A stretch of 64,000 nucleotides of DNA from the NCBI GenBank assembly GCA_015231405.1, contig JADGBR010000007.1:40791-104790 (forward strand), written 5' to 3'. A program made the translations under genes and the position numbers. Shown piece by piece: positions 43,463-52,498 of the stretch. Position 1 is the stretch's first letter. Every line of letters begins with the position of its first letter. Source of the DNA: Candidatus Omnitrophota bacterium (GTDB lineage: Bacteria > Omnitrophota > Gorgyraeia > Tantalellales > Tantalellaceae). Below the pieces are notes generated by a model. It did not search any database and was not told the origin of the DNA. It saw nothing but the letters and a program-made list of their open reading frames with translations.

Positions 43463-44205
43463 ATAAGGAAAAATTGTTCAAGTTCGCTTTCGGGTGCGCA
43501 CCCGAGGCCTTTCCGGCTAAGGTTATTATAACTCCGGTATTCCCACTTAAATATTTCAAGGGATATTATCCCGCGGATACCCTTTTTAAAGGTCACCTTT
43601 ATTCCGGGTTTATTTCCGGGAAAGGAGGGGATAAGATCGCAGTGGTCCATTCCGGGTTGGGGGATAGGCTCCTCGGTGACGCTGTCCTCATGATGTCCGA
43701 AACAAGTGCTCTAGAGCTCATCTTTCTGGGAACTTGCGGCGGGTTGAAAGATACTAAGATAGGCGATATCATCGTCGCCGAAAGCGCCGTCGACGGGGAA
43801 GGGTTCTCCCGATATCACAGGGAGGGTTTTTCCGTCAGTAAACTGATCGACTGTCCCGGGGGTTTGGAAAAAGGGGATCCTGGGATGGTAACTCGTCTTT
43901 ACGGCGTTCTTAGTGAGAAGATGGGCCGGGTGAGAAAAGGCCCCATTTTTACTATAGGGTCATTGCTCGCCGAAACTCCGGCTAACCTTTCTGAGATAGC
44001 GAAAAAAGGTTATTGCGGCATCGAAATGGAGCTATCCGCGGTCTACAGGGCTTCCGAGGTGTCCCGGATCAAGTCCGCGGGGATCCTGGCGGTAAGCGAT
44101 ATCCCGGGCTCCAAGGGATTAGGTGAAGAAGAGGACCCGGGTGAAAAGGCCGCGTCCGCGAAGGCCATACGTGATATGATAGAACAAGTCGCGCAGACGT
44201 TTTAA
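43459..44205 (+). CDS. PNP/UDP-family nucleoside phosphorylase/hydrolase (MTAN/futalosine hydrolase-like)
   Basis: GIEMELSAVY and LGTCGGL motifs. ATGA overlap with upstream stop. Confidence 0.55.
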   Translation: MNKEKLFKFAFGCAPEAFPAKVIITPVFPLKYFKGYYPADTLFKGHLYSGFISGKGGDKIAVVHSGLGDRLLGDAVLMMSETSALELIFLGTCGGLKDTKIGDIIVAESAVDGEGFSRYHREGFSVSKLIDCPGGLEKGDPGMVTRLYGVLSEKMGRVRKGPIFTIGSLLAETPANLSEIAKKGYCGIEMELSAVYRASEVSRIKSAGILAVSDIPGSKGLGEEEDPGEKAASAKAIRDMIEQVAQTF

Positions 44206-44233
44206 TTTTCCAATTTCAGTTTCTTGTATTTTT

Positions 44234-44803
44234 ATGGGAGGGTTTATGAAGAAAAAAGCAGTTGTATTATTAGCCGAAGGTTTTGAGGATGTCGAGGCCA
44301 TTACTCCGATAGATATACTTAAGAGGGCCGGGATAGAAGTGGTGGTGGCCGGTGTGGGGGGAAAGGTCATAACCGGTTCCCGGACGAAGATAAAAATGGC
44401 GGTCGAGGCGGAGGTGAAGGAGATCAACTTTGTTCCCGACGCTTTGATCCTTCCCGGGGGGATGCCAGGGGCGGAAAACTTGGCGAATTCCCAGGACGTA
44501 AAGAAGCTGATCCGCGCGGTCGACTCAAAAGGCGGTATCATAGCGGCTATATGCGCTTCTCCGGCGATAATACTCGGGCCGATGGGCCTCCTTGACGGAC
44601 GGAAGGCCACCTGTTTCCCGGGCATGGAAGAGCACTTTCCCGCGAAAGTGAAATTTGTGGAGGATAATGTCGCGGTGGACGGGAACATCATCACCAGCAG
44701 GGCGCCGGGTACGGCGCTTGAGTTCTCCCTGAAGATCGTAGAGGCCCTTGCCGGAAAGGAAGTCGCCCGGACGGTCGCCGACTCGGTGGTTTATCGGGGA
44801 TAG
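44234..44803 (+). CDS. DJ-1/PfpI family protein
   Basis: AAICASP nucleophile-elbow Cys; ~185 aa. Alternative start at 44246. Confidence 0.8.
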   Translation: MGGFMKKKAVVLLAEGFEDVEAITPIDILKRAGIEVVVAGVGGKVITGSRTKIKMAVEAEVKEINFVPDALILPGGMPGAENLANSQDVKKLIRAVDSKGGIIAAICASPAIILGPMGLLDGRKATCFPGMEEHFPAKVKFVEDNVAVDGNIITSRAPGTALEFSLKIVEALAGKEVARTVADSVVYRG

Positions 44804-44815
44804 CCCAGAGACAGG

Positions 44816-45991
44816 TCATGCGCTCCTGAACCCGATAGCGTCTTCGCCGAATTTATCCTTTATCTTATCCATGGCGAGATGTATCTTCTCATCCTTTTTT
44901 TTCGGCTCGGATGTCCCGTCGAAAAGATCTGAGGACCATTCCGAGTTAACGAGATTTGACGCCTTCACCCCCACAAGCCTTACGCTCTTTTTCGTGAGGC
45001 TGAAATTTTCGAGGAGCCTCTGGCTGTTATTGTAAAGGTCTAGGACGAAATTCGTGGGCTGACCTAGAGTTATGGCCCGCGTGAACGTGCTGAAGTCGCC
45101 GAACCGGACCTTGAGCGTAACGGTGCGGCATTTTAACCCGTCTTTACGCATCCTTCGGGAGACTTTAGCCGAAAGGTACATGAGAGTGTCCTTTATCCGA
45201 TCCAAATCGGAAGTGTCCTCGTCGAAAGTGTTCTCGTTGCTTATCGATCCCGTCTCCTGGCTTATTTCGACCTTTCGGGGATCTATCCCGTTAGCTAGTT
45301 GCCATATGTGCCCGCCGTGTTTTCCGAAAATGGAAATTATCGCGGCCTCGTCCATACGCGCGATATCGCCTATGGTATTGACTCCGGACTTATTCAGGTA
45401 CGCCTCTGTCTTTTCTCCCACGCCCCAAAGCTTGCCTATAGGAAGCGGGTGGAGGAATTCGAGTACGTCTTTTGCGCCGACGATGACCAGCCCGTCAGGT
45501 TTTTTTAGGTCGGAAGCGATCTTCGCCGTCATCATATTAGGCGCCATGCCGACGGACGCAGTGAGGCCCGTTCCGTCCTTAATAGCCGCCTTGATCTTGA
45601 CGCAGGTCTTGCGGGGCGTCCCGAAAAGGTGATAACTGCCGGTAATATCCAGGAAAGCCTCGTCGATGCTGATGGGCTCTATGTCGGGGGTGAAGGTCTC
45701 AAGGATATCGAGTATCTGGTCCGAGATCTCGGCGTATCTTGACATATTAGGCTCGACGAATATGCCGCCTGGGCATTTTTTGAAAGCGGTGGATATCGGC
45801 ATAGCCGAATGTATCCCGTATTTTCGCGCTTCATAAGAACACGCCGAAACGACGCCGCGCCCTTTTCCGCCCTTGGGATCCGATCCTACGATGACCGGCT
45901 TCCCCGCGAACTCCGGATGGTCCTTCACCTCCACCGAAGCGAAGAACGCGTCCATATCCACATGAACTATATACCGTTCCTTAGTACCCAC
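44816..45991 (-). CDS. dinB: DNA polymerase IV
   Basis: VDMDAFFASVE, SIDEAFLD, and Y-family little-finger region. Confidence 0.9.
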   Translation of the reverse strand: MGTKERYIVHVDMDAFFASVEVKDHPEFAGKPVIVGSDPKGGKGRGVVSACSYEARKYGIHSAMPISTAFKKCPGGIFVEPNMSRYAEISDQILDILETFTPDIEPISIDEAFLDITGSYHLFGTPRKTCVKIKAAIKDGTGLTASVGMAPNMMTAKIASDLKKPDGLVIVGAKDVLEFLHPLPIGKLWGVGEKTEAYLNKSGVNTIGDIARMDEAAIISIFGKHGGHIWQLANGIDPRKVEISQETGSISNENTFDEDTSDLDRIKDTLMYLSAKVSRRMRKDGLKCRTVTLKVRFGDFSTFTRAITLGQPTNFVLDLYNNSQRLLENFSLTKKSVRLVGVKASNLVNSEWSSDLFDGTSEPKKKDEKIHLAMDKIKDKFGEDAIGFRSA

Positions 45992-46048
45992 AAAACCATT
46001 TTAGCATAAGGGCGTTATGTGCTATACTAAAAACCATAGGAGATCAAT

Positions 46049-46591
46049 ATGGAACGCCGTTCGATATTTCACTTGGTATCCAAGATATCCAGGCAGGCCG
46101 GAGTTAACTGTGTGCTGATCGGCGGATTTGCCGTTAATTATTACAAAGTCACAAGGCAGACAGCTGATGTCGATTTTATGATAACGGAAGAGGATTATAG
46201 AAAGATCGAAGCTTTGATCAAAGAGGCAGAATACAAAGAGGATCAAAGCCATGGGAATTTTATACGGTTAAAGAGTACCGGCAGCAAGTTCTTTATGGAT
46301 GTCGATTTTATGTTCGTAGATAAAAATACGCTGGATAAGATCCTGGACAATGGAAAAAAAATGACCATAGCGGGGCAGGAATTTACAGTGCCTTCTTTGA
46401 ACGATCTCATCGCGTTGAAACTCCATGCCCTTAAATACAATGCTAAACTGAGAGAGACTAAAGATCTGCCGGATATTATCGATCTTATCAGGATAAACAA
46501 TATAGAATATAAGAGCAAAGACTTTCACGATCTATGTTTTAAGTATGGTAATGCCGAGACATACGAAAAGATAATGAAAACACTGGAGTAA
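46049..46591 (+). CDS. Nucleotidyltransferase-fold protein (AbiEii/MJ1651-like minimal NTase?)
   Basis: VLIGGFAVNYY...DVDFMI pattern. Confidence 0.35.
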   Translation: MERRSIFHLVSKISRQAGVNCVLIGGFAVNYYKVTRQTADVDFMITEEDYRKIEALIKEAEYKEDQSHGNFIRLKSTGSKFFMDVDFMFVDKNTLDKILDNGKKMTIAGQEFTVPSLNDLIALKLHALKYNAKLRETKDLPDIIDLIRINNIEYKSKDFHDLCFKYGNAETYEKIMKTLE

Positions 46592-46865
46592 AAAGACTTG
46601 GATAAACTGAATTTTCCCGTTATTAAGGGATTAAAACCCAATAAAAAGATCCTGTCGATGGACGAATACCTTGAATTCGTTACATTCAATTTAAAATACA
46701 CCGTCGACAGGGAGGCAGTCCGCCGGTGGAAACGGAAACTTCGGGTAAATGTCCCTTTTGTGATCAAATAAAGGCGGGAAGCAGCCTTTCTCCCTTGGGG
46801 TTTTATAATTTGACAACGATTGCGATTTTATCTATAATTGCTTTTGAGATCGCACCCAATTTCGT

Positions 46866-46941
46866 TCCTCGGTAGCTCAATGGTAGTAGCGACTGGCTGT
46901 TAACCAGTAGGTTGTAGGTTCGAGTCCTACCCGAGGAGCCA
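46866..46941 (+). tRNA. tRNA-Asn (anticodon GTT)
   Basis: Hand-folded cloverleaf: acceptor TCCTCGG/CCGAGGA, anticodon stem ACTGG/CCAGT with loop CTGTTAA, T-arm GTAGG-TTCGAGT-CCTAC, discriminator G, encoded CCA. Confidence 0.85.
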
Positions 46942-46953
46942 TTCTTATATTGA

Positions 46954-46984
46954 GGGCCCATTCGCAAGAATGGGCCCTTTTCGT
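46954..46984 (+). terminator. Rho-independent terminator after tRNA-Asn
   Basis: Perfect 10-bp stem GGGCCCATTC-GCAA-GAATGGGCCC followed by TTTT. Confidence 0.65.
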
Positions 46985-47369
46985 TTAAATGGCTCCGAGG
47001 GTAGGACTCGAAGGGAGATCTGGAGCCTTTAATCAAGGTCTGGTCCGAGAGAGCGAGGACCAGACACACAACCGACAGATCGGGTGGCCGACCGGAGGCC
47101 TGCTATGTTTTTTGAGGAGCGAAAGCGACGAACAAAAACATGCTAGCGGGCCGAAGGCGCCGAGTCCCGCTTTCGTACGTTAAAACAAAACCAAATTGCC
47201 CCCCTATTTCCCTTGTCAAACCCACCATAAAATGCTATTGTAAACCCACGTCAGGGGGAATGTTTGACATGCGAGACCAGTCACAAACCTCAAATAACCA
47301 AAGCGTCACAAAAAAGGCACTGGGCTAACCCGGTGCCTTTTTTGCTTTTGAAAGAAAATAACGTCAATT

Positions 47370-49787
47370 ATGCGGCTTTATTCAGGAACATCAAAACAGT
47401 TTATTCAAGATGCGATTCATAATCAGATTGCAGAGAAGTTAAAAAACGCTTTTTTCGGCTATTACCGCTACAATCCTTCTCCTGCTGAGATAAATTCTTG
47501 GCGAAATTCGCTACGTTCAATGTCCCAAGTATTTCAACACGCAGATCTATTGGACAATGGAGTTCTTCTCGAGTATCAACTGCCTCTAACTTCGAGACGC
47601 TTAGATTGCATGATCTGTGGCCGTGATCAGCAAAAAACTGATAATGCGGTTATCGTGGAGTTGAAACAATGGGATAAGTGCGAAGAAGCCTATGGTGATA
47701 ACGAAGTACTTACGTGGGTAGGAGGTGCAAAACGCGAAGTATTGCATCCGTCGGTTCAAGTGGGACAATACCACCTTTATCTGGAAGATACCCATACAGC
47801 ATTTAACAGCGAAGATGATCCTGTTGTCCTGAATGCCTGTACTTATTTGCATAATTACAATTACTATTCTGAGGACATTATTTATTCGGATAAATTTGCT
47901 CAGACTCTTGAGAAGTACCCCTTATTTACAGCTGATGATGTGGAAAAATTAACGGGTTATTTGCGTAATAGACTTTTGGCCGGTGATGGCTTGGATGTTT
48001 TGCAGAGGATCGAAGAAAGTAAATATCGGCCGAATAAGAAGCTCATGGATCATGTTGGTAATATTATAAAAAACAAAACAGAATATATACTGCTAGATGA
48101 ACAACTTATTGTTTACGATGCGGTCTTGGCATGCGCGAAGCGAAGCTTCCATGATAAGCAGAAGTCAATAATTGTTGTAAAAGGTGGTCCGGGAACGGGT
48201 AAGTCTGTTATAGCGATTAATTTAATGGCTGATTTGCTATTAAAGGGATACAACTCTCATTATGCCACTGGCTCTAAGGCCTTCACGGAAACACTGCGGG
48301 AAATCATAGGAACTCGAGGATCTGTGCAGTTTAAGTATTTTAATAGTTACAGCCAAGCTGAAGAGAATGCCATAGATATCCTGATTGCTGATGAAGCCCA
48401 CCGCATACGCGAGACAAGCAATAGCCGATTCACACCCCGTTCGAGTCGATCAGAAAAGACGCAAATTGAGGAATTGCTTCGAGCGTCTAAAGTCGCGGTA
48501 TTTTTCATTGATGACGATCAAGTGGTGCGTCCAAATGAAATAGGTTCGGTTGATTATATTAAGAATATTGCGGGCGATAATAAAATAAAGCTCCACGAAT
48601 ATGAATTAGAAGCTCAGTTCCGTTGTAATGGTTCTGATGCGTTTGTGAGCTGGATAAACAATACGTTAGGGATAAAAAGAACTGCCCATGTTATTTGGGA
48701 TCAGCATGAAGAATTTGATTTCAAGATATTTCCCAGTCCCCTTGAACTTGATAATGCCATACGGAAGAGAGTCGCGCGGGGTTCTACGGGGAGAGTAACG
48801 GCCGGGTTTTGCTGGGACTGGTCATTACCTAACGGCGATGGCACATTGAAAAACGATGTGATAATTGGAGATTATAAGCGGCCATGGAATGCTAAACCCG
48901 AAGCTCAACGTCTGGCGCTGGGTATCCCCAAAGCTTCTCTGTGGGCATACGAACCTGTCGGCATTGATCAGGTAGGATGTGTCTATACCGCTCAAGGTTT
49001 TGAATTCGATTACGTTGGAGTTATTTTCGGCGAGGATGTGGTATATGATTTTGACAAGCAAGAATGGGTTGGCAATCCCGCTAAGTCTTCGGACAGAGTT
49101 GTTAAACGGTCTAAAGACAAATTTGCCGATTTAGTGAAAAATACCTATAGGGTTTTATTGAGTAGAGGGATGAAGGGCTGCTATGTATATTTCATGAATA
49201 AAGATACTGAACGTTTCTTTAAGTCACGGATTGAAGGTGATAATACACGGGTAGACGAACCCTTAACAGTATCTAAACTACTAGATAGCGAGTCGGATTT
49301 TCTTGAGCGTATTTTACAGGATGTTGACAGTTCTTTAAAATATAAGGAATATTTACCCGTTTATACTTTGACTGCAGCTGCTAGCGCGTTCGGCGAGGGT
49401 ATGGATGTTAGGGAAAAGGGTTGGATTAAAGTTAATATTGGAAAGCCACTAAACAGAAAATTGTTCGTTGCAAAAGTGGTTGGAAAATCAATGGAGCCGC
49501 TGATCCCAGATGGCAGCTATTGTGTATTTAGCGCGAATGTTGTTGGTACGCGGGCAAACAAAATAGTATTAGTGCAACACAATAGCATTTCAGATCTAGA
49601 TACCGGTGGAAGATATACCATAAAAAAGTACACGAGTAAGAAACGATACGCGTCAGATGAAACCTGGGAGCACGAAGAGATAGTCCTACTGCCAATTAAT
49701 CCCGCATATGCGCCGATTATAATACCAAATACCAACGAGGATGAATTTATGGTAATCGCTGAGTTTATTACCATAATAAAGAATTAG
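47370..49787 (+). CDS. PD-(D/E)xK nuclease / DUF2075-type P-loop ATPase fused to a C-terminal LexA-like S24 peptidase domain
   Basis: N-terminal nuclease-like D...VELK motif. Walker A GGPGTGKS and Walker B LIADEAH. C-terminal GKSMEP (Ser) ... TIKKY (Lys) ... VLLPINPAYAPI matches the LexA/UmuD catalytic-domain pattern. Confidence 0.7.
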   Translation: MRLYSGTSKQFIQDAIHNQIAEKLKNAFFGYYRYNPSPAEINSWRNSLRSMSQVFQHADLLDNGVLLEYQLPLTSRRLDCMICGRDQQKTDNAVIVELKQWDKCEEAYGDNEVLTWVGGAKREVLHPSVQVGQYHLYLEDTHTAFNSEDDPVVLNACTYLHNYNYYSEDIIYSDKFAQTLEKYPLFTADDVEKLTGYLRNRLLAGDGLDVLQRIEESKYRPNKKLMDHVGNIIKNKTEYILLDEQLIVYDAVLACAKRSFHDKQKSIIVVKGGPGTGKSVIAINLMADLLLKGYNSHYATGSKAFTETLREIIGTRGSVQFKYFNSYSQAEENAIDILIADEAHRIRETSNSRFTPRSSRSEKTQIEELLRASKVAVFFIDDDQVVRPNEIGSVDYIKNIAGDNKIKLHEYELEAQFRCNGSDAFVSWINNTLGIKRTAHVIWDQHEEFDFKIFPSPLELDNAIRKRVARGSTGRVTAGFCWDWSLPNGDGTLKNDVIIGDYKRPWNAKPEAQRLALGIPKASLWAYEPVGIDQVGCVYTAQGFEFDYVGVIFGEDVVYDFDKQEWVGNPAKSSDRVVKRSKDKFADLVKNTYRVLLSRGMKGCYVYFMNKDTERFFKSRIEGDNTRVDEPLTVSKLLDSESDFLERILQDVDSSLKYKEYLPVYTLTAAASAFGEGMDVREKGWIKVNIGKPLNRKLFVAKVVGKSMEPLIPDGSYCVFSANVVGTRANKIVLVQHNSISDLDTGGRYTIKKYTSKKRYASDETWEHEEIVLLPINPAYAPIIIPNTNEDEFMVIAEFITIIKN

Positions 49788-49897
49788 CACATAGACTTGA
49801 GCACATAGTCTTTGGGTTTAGAGAAATGTTATGAGATGAATATTTGTTATGGAACTGCTTCTAATATGGCAGTTTAAGTAAAGCGTCTTTGCTGGCT

Positions 49898-50078
49898 TAA
49901 CAGTGGTGTAATATGTTATGCACAGTGTCTGCGGGGATGCGGGGAGGGGAGAGTTTAAGCGAAGGTTATGCAAGAAAGCCGGCAGATGGGTGTCAAGGCG
50001 TAAAAAGGCACCCGGATTTGTTTCATAACTAACGGTGGTGTAATATGTTATGCACAGTGTCTGCGGGGAGAACGGGGC
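49898..50078. repeat. Two 40-bp direct repeats (49898-49937 and 50039-50078): TAAC(A/G)GTGGTGTAATATGTTATGCACAGTGTCTGCGGGGA
   Basis: Identical except for one base; located between the S24-fusion gene and its truncated 3' duplicate. Confidence 0.8.
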
Positions 50079-50093
50079 GGCTCGCGCAATGGA

Positions 50094-50318
50094 TTGGTGG
50101 TTTTAGTTGAGTCTCGTTTGGTGAGGGATCCGGAGTCCCACCAGAGTTTCACGATCAAACGATATCACAGCGAGAAGCAGGATCTTGGTGGTGGTGAATG
50201 GCGGCATAAGAAGATCACGCTATCGCCTGACAATAAGGATTTTCACGATATCGTGCTGAAAGATATTACCGGCGGGGATTTTCATGTAGTAGCCGAATTT
50301 GTTGAAGTGATCGTATAA
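50094..50318 (+). pseudogene. Truncated duplicate of an S24-domain C-terminus, a remnant of a paralogous DUF2075-S24-like gene
   Basis: VVLVESRLVRDPESHQSFTIKRYHSEK...HVVAEFVEVIV aligns with IVLVQHNSISDLDTGGRYTIKKYTSKK...MVIAEFITIIK of the upstream gene. Confidence 0.5.
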
Positions 50319-50335
50319 CTATATTGTGAGTAGCT

Positions 50336-51502
50336 ATGAAAAATGCCTTTATTGTTATGCAAATTGGTAATGCTGAGCTCGACTCTGTTTGCGAGCAAGC
50401 TATTGTCCCTGCCCTCAAAAAATGTGGTCTAGATCCCAAGCGAGTAGATAAGCATAATCAGGGAGGACTGCTGAAAAGCGAGATCGTAAATTTTATTGAA
50501 TCCTCGGAGATTATAATCGCCGATCTTACTAACGAAAGGCCAAATTGTTATTTGGAAGTTGGCTACGCGATGGGGTTAGATAAGTTTAGGCATCTGATAC
50601 TGACTGCGCGAGAGGATCACAATCACGATAGCCCAAATTATATAAAAACCGGTCCCAAGATTCATTTTGACTTAGCTGGTTATGATATTTTATTTTGGGA
50701 TCCGAAAAAACTCGACAATTTCAAAGATGAGCTTGAAAAGCGAGTTAAACGGCGCTTGGCTACTCTTCAAACCCCTCCCTCGAAAGAAGAAACTATTTGG
50801 GATGACGATTGGATAAATAATCATGCTGTTACCGCACATGCCAATTTAAAGAAATCAAATAAATCCGGATTTATGGAAATTCGAATGGTCATACCCAATT
50901 CAGGCCTCAATATTCCACAAAGTGAATTGCTGAGTGTTGCTGAACAGGCGACAATCCATACTTTTGGATGGCCAATCGGTGTTGTTCTGAAAAACAGGGA
51001 CGAATACCGACCGCGTCCTAAAACAGATGGTATTGTTGCTGATATAGACACAGGGGATCATTATGATTATTGGGCGATTAGGAAAGATGGCGCGTTCTAT
51101 CTCTTGAAAAGCTTATTCGAAGATATGCGAAAGCCGGGGCATCTATTTTTTAATACGCGTATTGTGAGGATTACGGAGGCGCTTTTGTATGCAGTGCGCC
51201 TTTATACTGGATTTAAAGTTCCAGCAGATTCCCGAGTCGTTATTGGAATAAAGCATGGTGGATTAAAAGATAGAATGCTCGTTTCTTCAAGTTTTTCGCG
51301 AGAACTTAGTTATGAAAGAAAATCGATCGAGGATGAGGTGTACACTGAGATTGACACTACTCTTGCTAAGATCGAGTCACAGTTACCCGATCAGGTTGAG
51401 GCACTTACAAAACCGCTATTCGTATTATTTGATTACTTTGAAATCGGCAGATCTGTTTTGGATGATATTGTTAATAAGTTTGTTGAAGGTAAGGTTACTT
51501 GA
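50336..51502 (+). CDS. Protein with an N-terminal nucleoside 2-deoxyribosyltransferase-like (NDT/SLOG-type) domain; C-terminal 250 aa unknown
   Basis: IIADLTNERPNCYLEVGYAMGL resembles the NDT family D...E[LI]G[YF]A catalytic-Glu motif. Confidence 0.45.
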   Translation: MKNAFIVMQIGNAELDSVCEQAIVPALKKCGLDPKRVDKHNQGGLLKSEIVNFIESSEIIIADLTNERPNCYLEVGYAMGLDKFRHLILTAREDHNHDSPNYIKTGPKIHFDLAGYDILFWDPKKLDNFKDELEKRVKRRLATLQTPPSKEETIWDDDWINNHAVTAHANLKKSNKSGFMEIRMVIPNSGLNIPQSELLSVAEQATIHTFGWPIGVVLKNRDEYRPRPKTDGIVADIDTGDHYDYWAIRKDGAFYLLKSLFEDMRKPGHLFFNTRIVRITEALLYAVRLYTGFKVPADSRVVIGIKHGGLKDRMLVSSSFSRELSYERKSIEDEVYTEIDTTLAKIESQLPDQVEALTKPLFVLFDYFEIGRSVLDDIVNKFVEGKVT

Positions 51503-51954
51503 TTTGTCCGAAGTTCTGATATAAACATTTTCTGCTCTTTGGGATTTTTAAGCATCTGCCGTAGCTGACGCTCGGTTATTAGCCGTTTTGGCATGGGATC
51601 GCCCAAGGCTTCAACGGCTTCGACCAGCGAAGGGTTAAGGTCAAGAAGGCTCGTATATTGCCAGATCCTGACCCGGGAGATGCCGACTTTGCGGGCAAGG
51701 TCGCTTTCGTTCTTGGCATGGCCTGATTCGATCATTCGGGCGTATTCCTTGGCCCGGAAGATGGGGTTCCGGTAGGTCTTTGGCGGTTTGGGGCGGATCC
51801 TGCGGGCTTCGTCAGGCGTCTGGCCTTCGCGGACGATGGAAATGATGCGATGATTCCATTTTCCCTGTTCGGTCACAAGCGCGGTGAAGTGCCATAACAG
51901 GCCTGAATCTGAATACCGTCCGGGGAGCCAATTTTCAGAAACCCCTACAGACAT
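51433..51954 (-). CDS. ParB/KorB-like HTH protein; start uncertain because the start codon sits inside a hairpin, and there is a 70-bp convergent overlap with the previous gene
   Basis: NPIFRAKEYARMIESGHAKNESDLARKVGISRVRIWQYTSLLDLNPSLVEAV resembles the ParB HTH region. Confidence 0.35.
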   Translation of the reverse strand: MSVGVSENWLPGRYSDSGLLWHFTALVTEQGKWNHRIISIVREGQTPDEARRIRPKPPKTYRNPIFRAKEYARMIESGHAKNESDLARKVGISRVRIWQYTSLLDLNPSLVEAVEALGDPMPKRLITERQLRQMLKNPKEQKMFISELRTNQVTLPSTNLLTISSKTDLPISK

Positions 51955-51990
51955 TTAGTTTGTAGGGGTTTTTCATTTTGGTATAATCTC
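51939..51990 (+). promoter_or_regulatory. Hairpin + T-run + TATAAT element, copy 1
   Basis: AAACCCCTACA ... TGTAGGGGTTT stem, then TTTTCATTTTGG, then TATAAT. A near-identical architecture sits at 53818-53867. Confidence 0.45.
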
Positions 51991-52498
51991 TTTAGCCTGA
52001 AGTTGAGAGATAAAAGGGAGATAAGAAGAATTATCGTTGACCATTTTGACTATATCGTTGATAAATGGAATGAATTTTAAAGGGCGTAATAATGTGAAGA
52101 AACTACATGATATAAAAAATATCTCTATCGACAAAATCTGTTTGAAGATGAATGTTGATGGACAAACAATAGTTGCGGAACTCGTTTAATGCATGGTCAA
52201 ATCTCTAATTTCTAATCTCAAAACACCGCTATCTCGACCCAAAAATCTATAACTTCCAGAGGTTATGATATAAAACCCGTATTCACAACACCGCGGAGAA
52301 TGATGGTTATCGGCGACTGATTGATCTTTTAAGCCTTTCTTTTGCTGAATGCAGGGGAGAGACCCTTTATTTAAGCGAAAGGCAAAATGCAAGAGGACAT
52401 AACCTCTAGCCTGAAATTCAAGTGATAGATATTAAATTTGCCTAAGAGTACGTAATAGTGTAAAATATACAACAATCGGTGTAATAAATACAACAAGG

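Noticed and set aside
46607-46771. 54-aa TTG-initiated ORF downstream of the nucleotidyltransferase-fold gene (LDKLNFPVIKGLKPNKKILSMDEYLEFVTF...)
   Set aside because: Same frame as the upstream gene but separated by a stop. No RBS, non-ATG start, no recognisable family. Not included as a feature.
46941-47370. Integrase or attL core next to tRNA-Asn
   Set aside because: No integrase or recombinase ORF in the 430 bp after the tRNA or anywhere else in the window. No obvious repeat of the tRNA 3' end was seen at the far side of the island (62.7-63.0 kb). The island call rests on composition and gene content only.
52033-52191. Tiny GTG-initiated ORF (MKKLHDIKNISIDKICLKMNVDGQTIVAELV) downstream of the first hairpin+TATAAT element
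   Set aside because: Only ~32 aa, non-ATG start, no recognisable fold. Cannot be supported from sequence alone.
52186-52392. 68-aa minus-strand ORF between the ParB-like gene and the MNT gene
   Set aside because: Falls in a repeat-containing intergenic region; no RBS; Cys/His-rich odd composition. Probably spurious.
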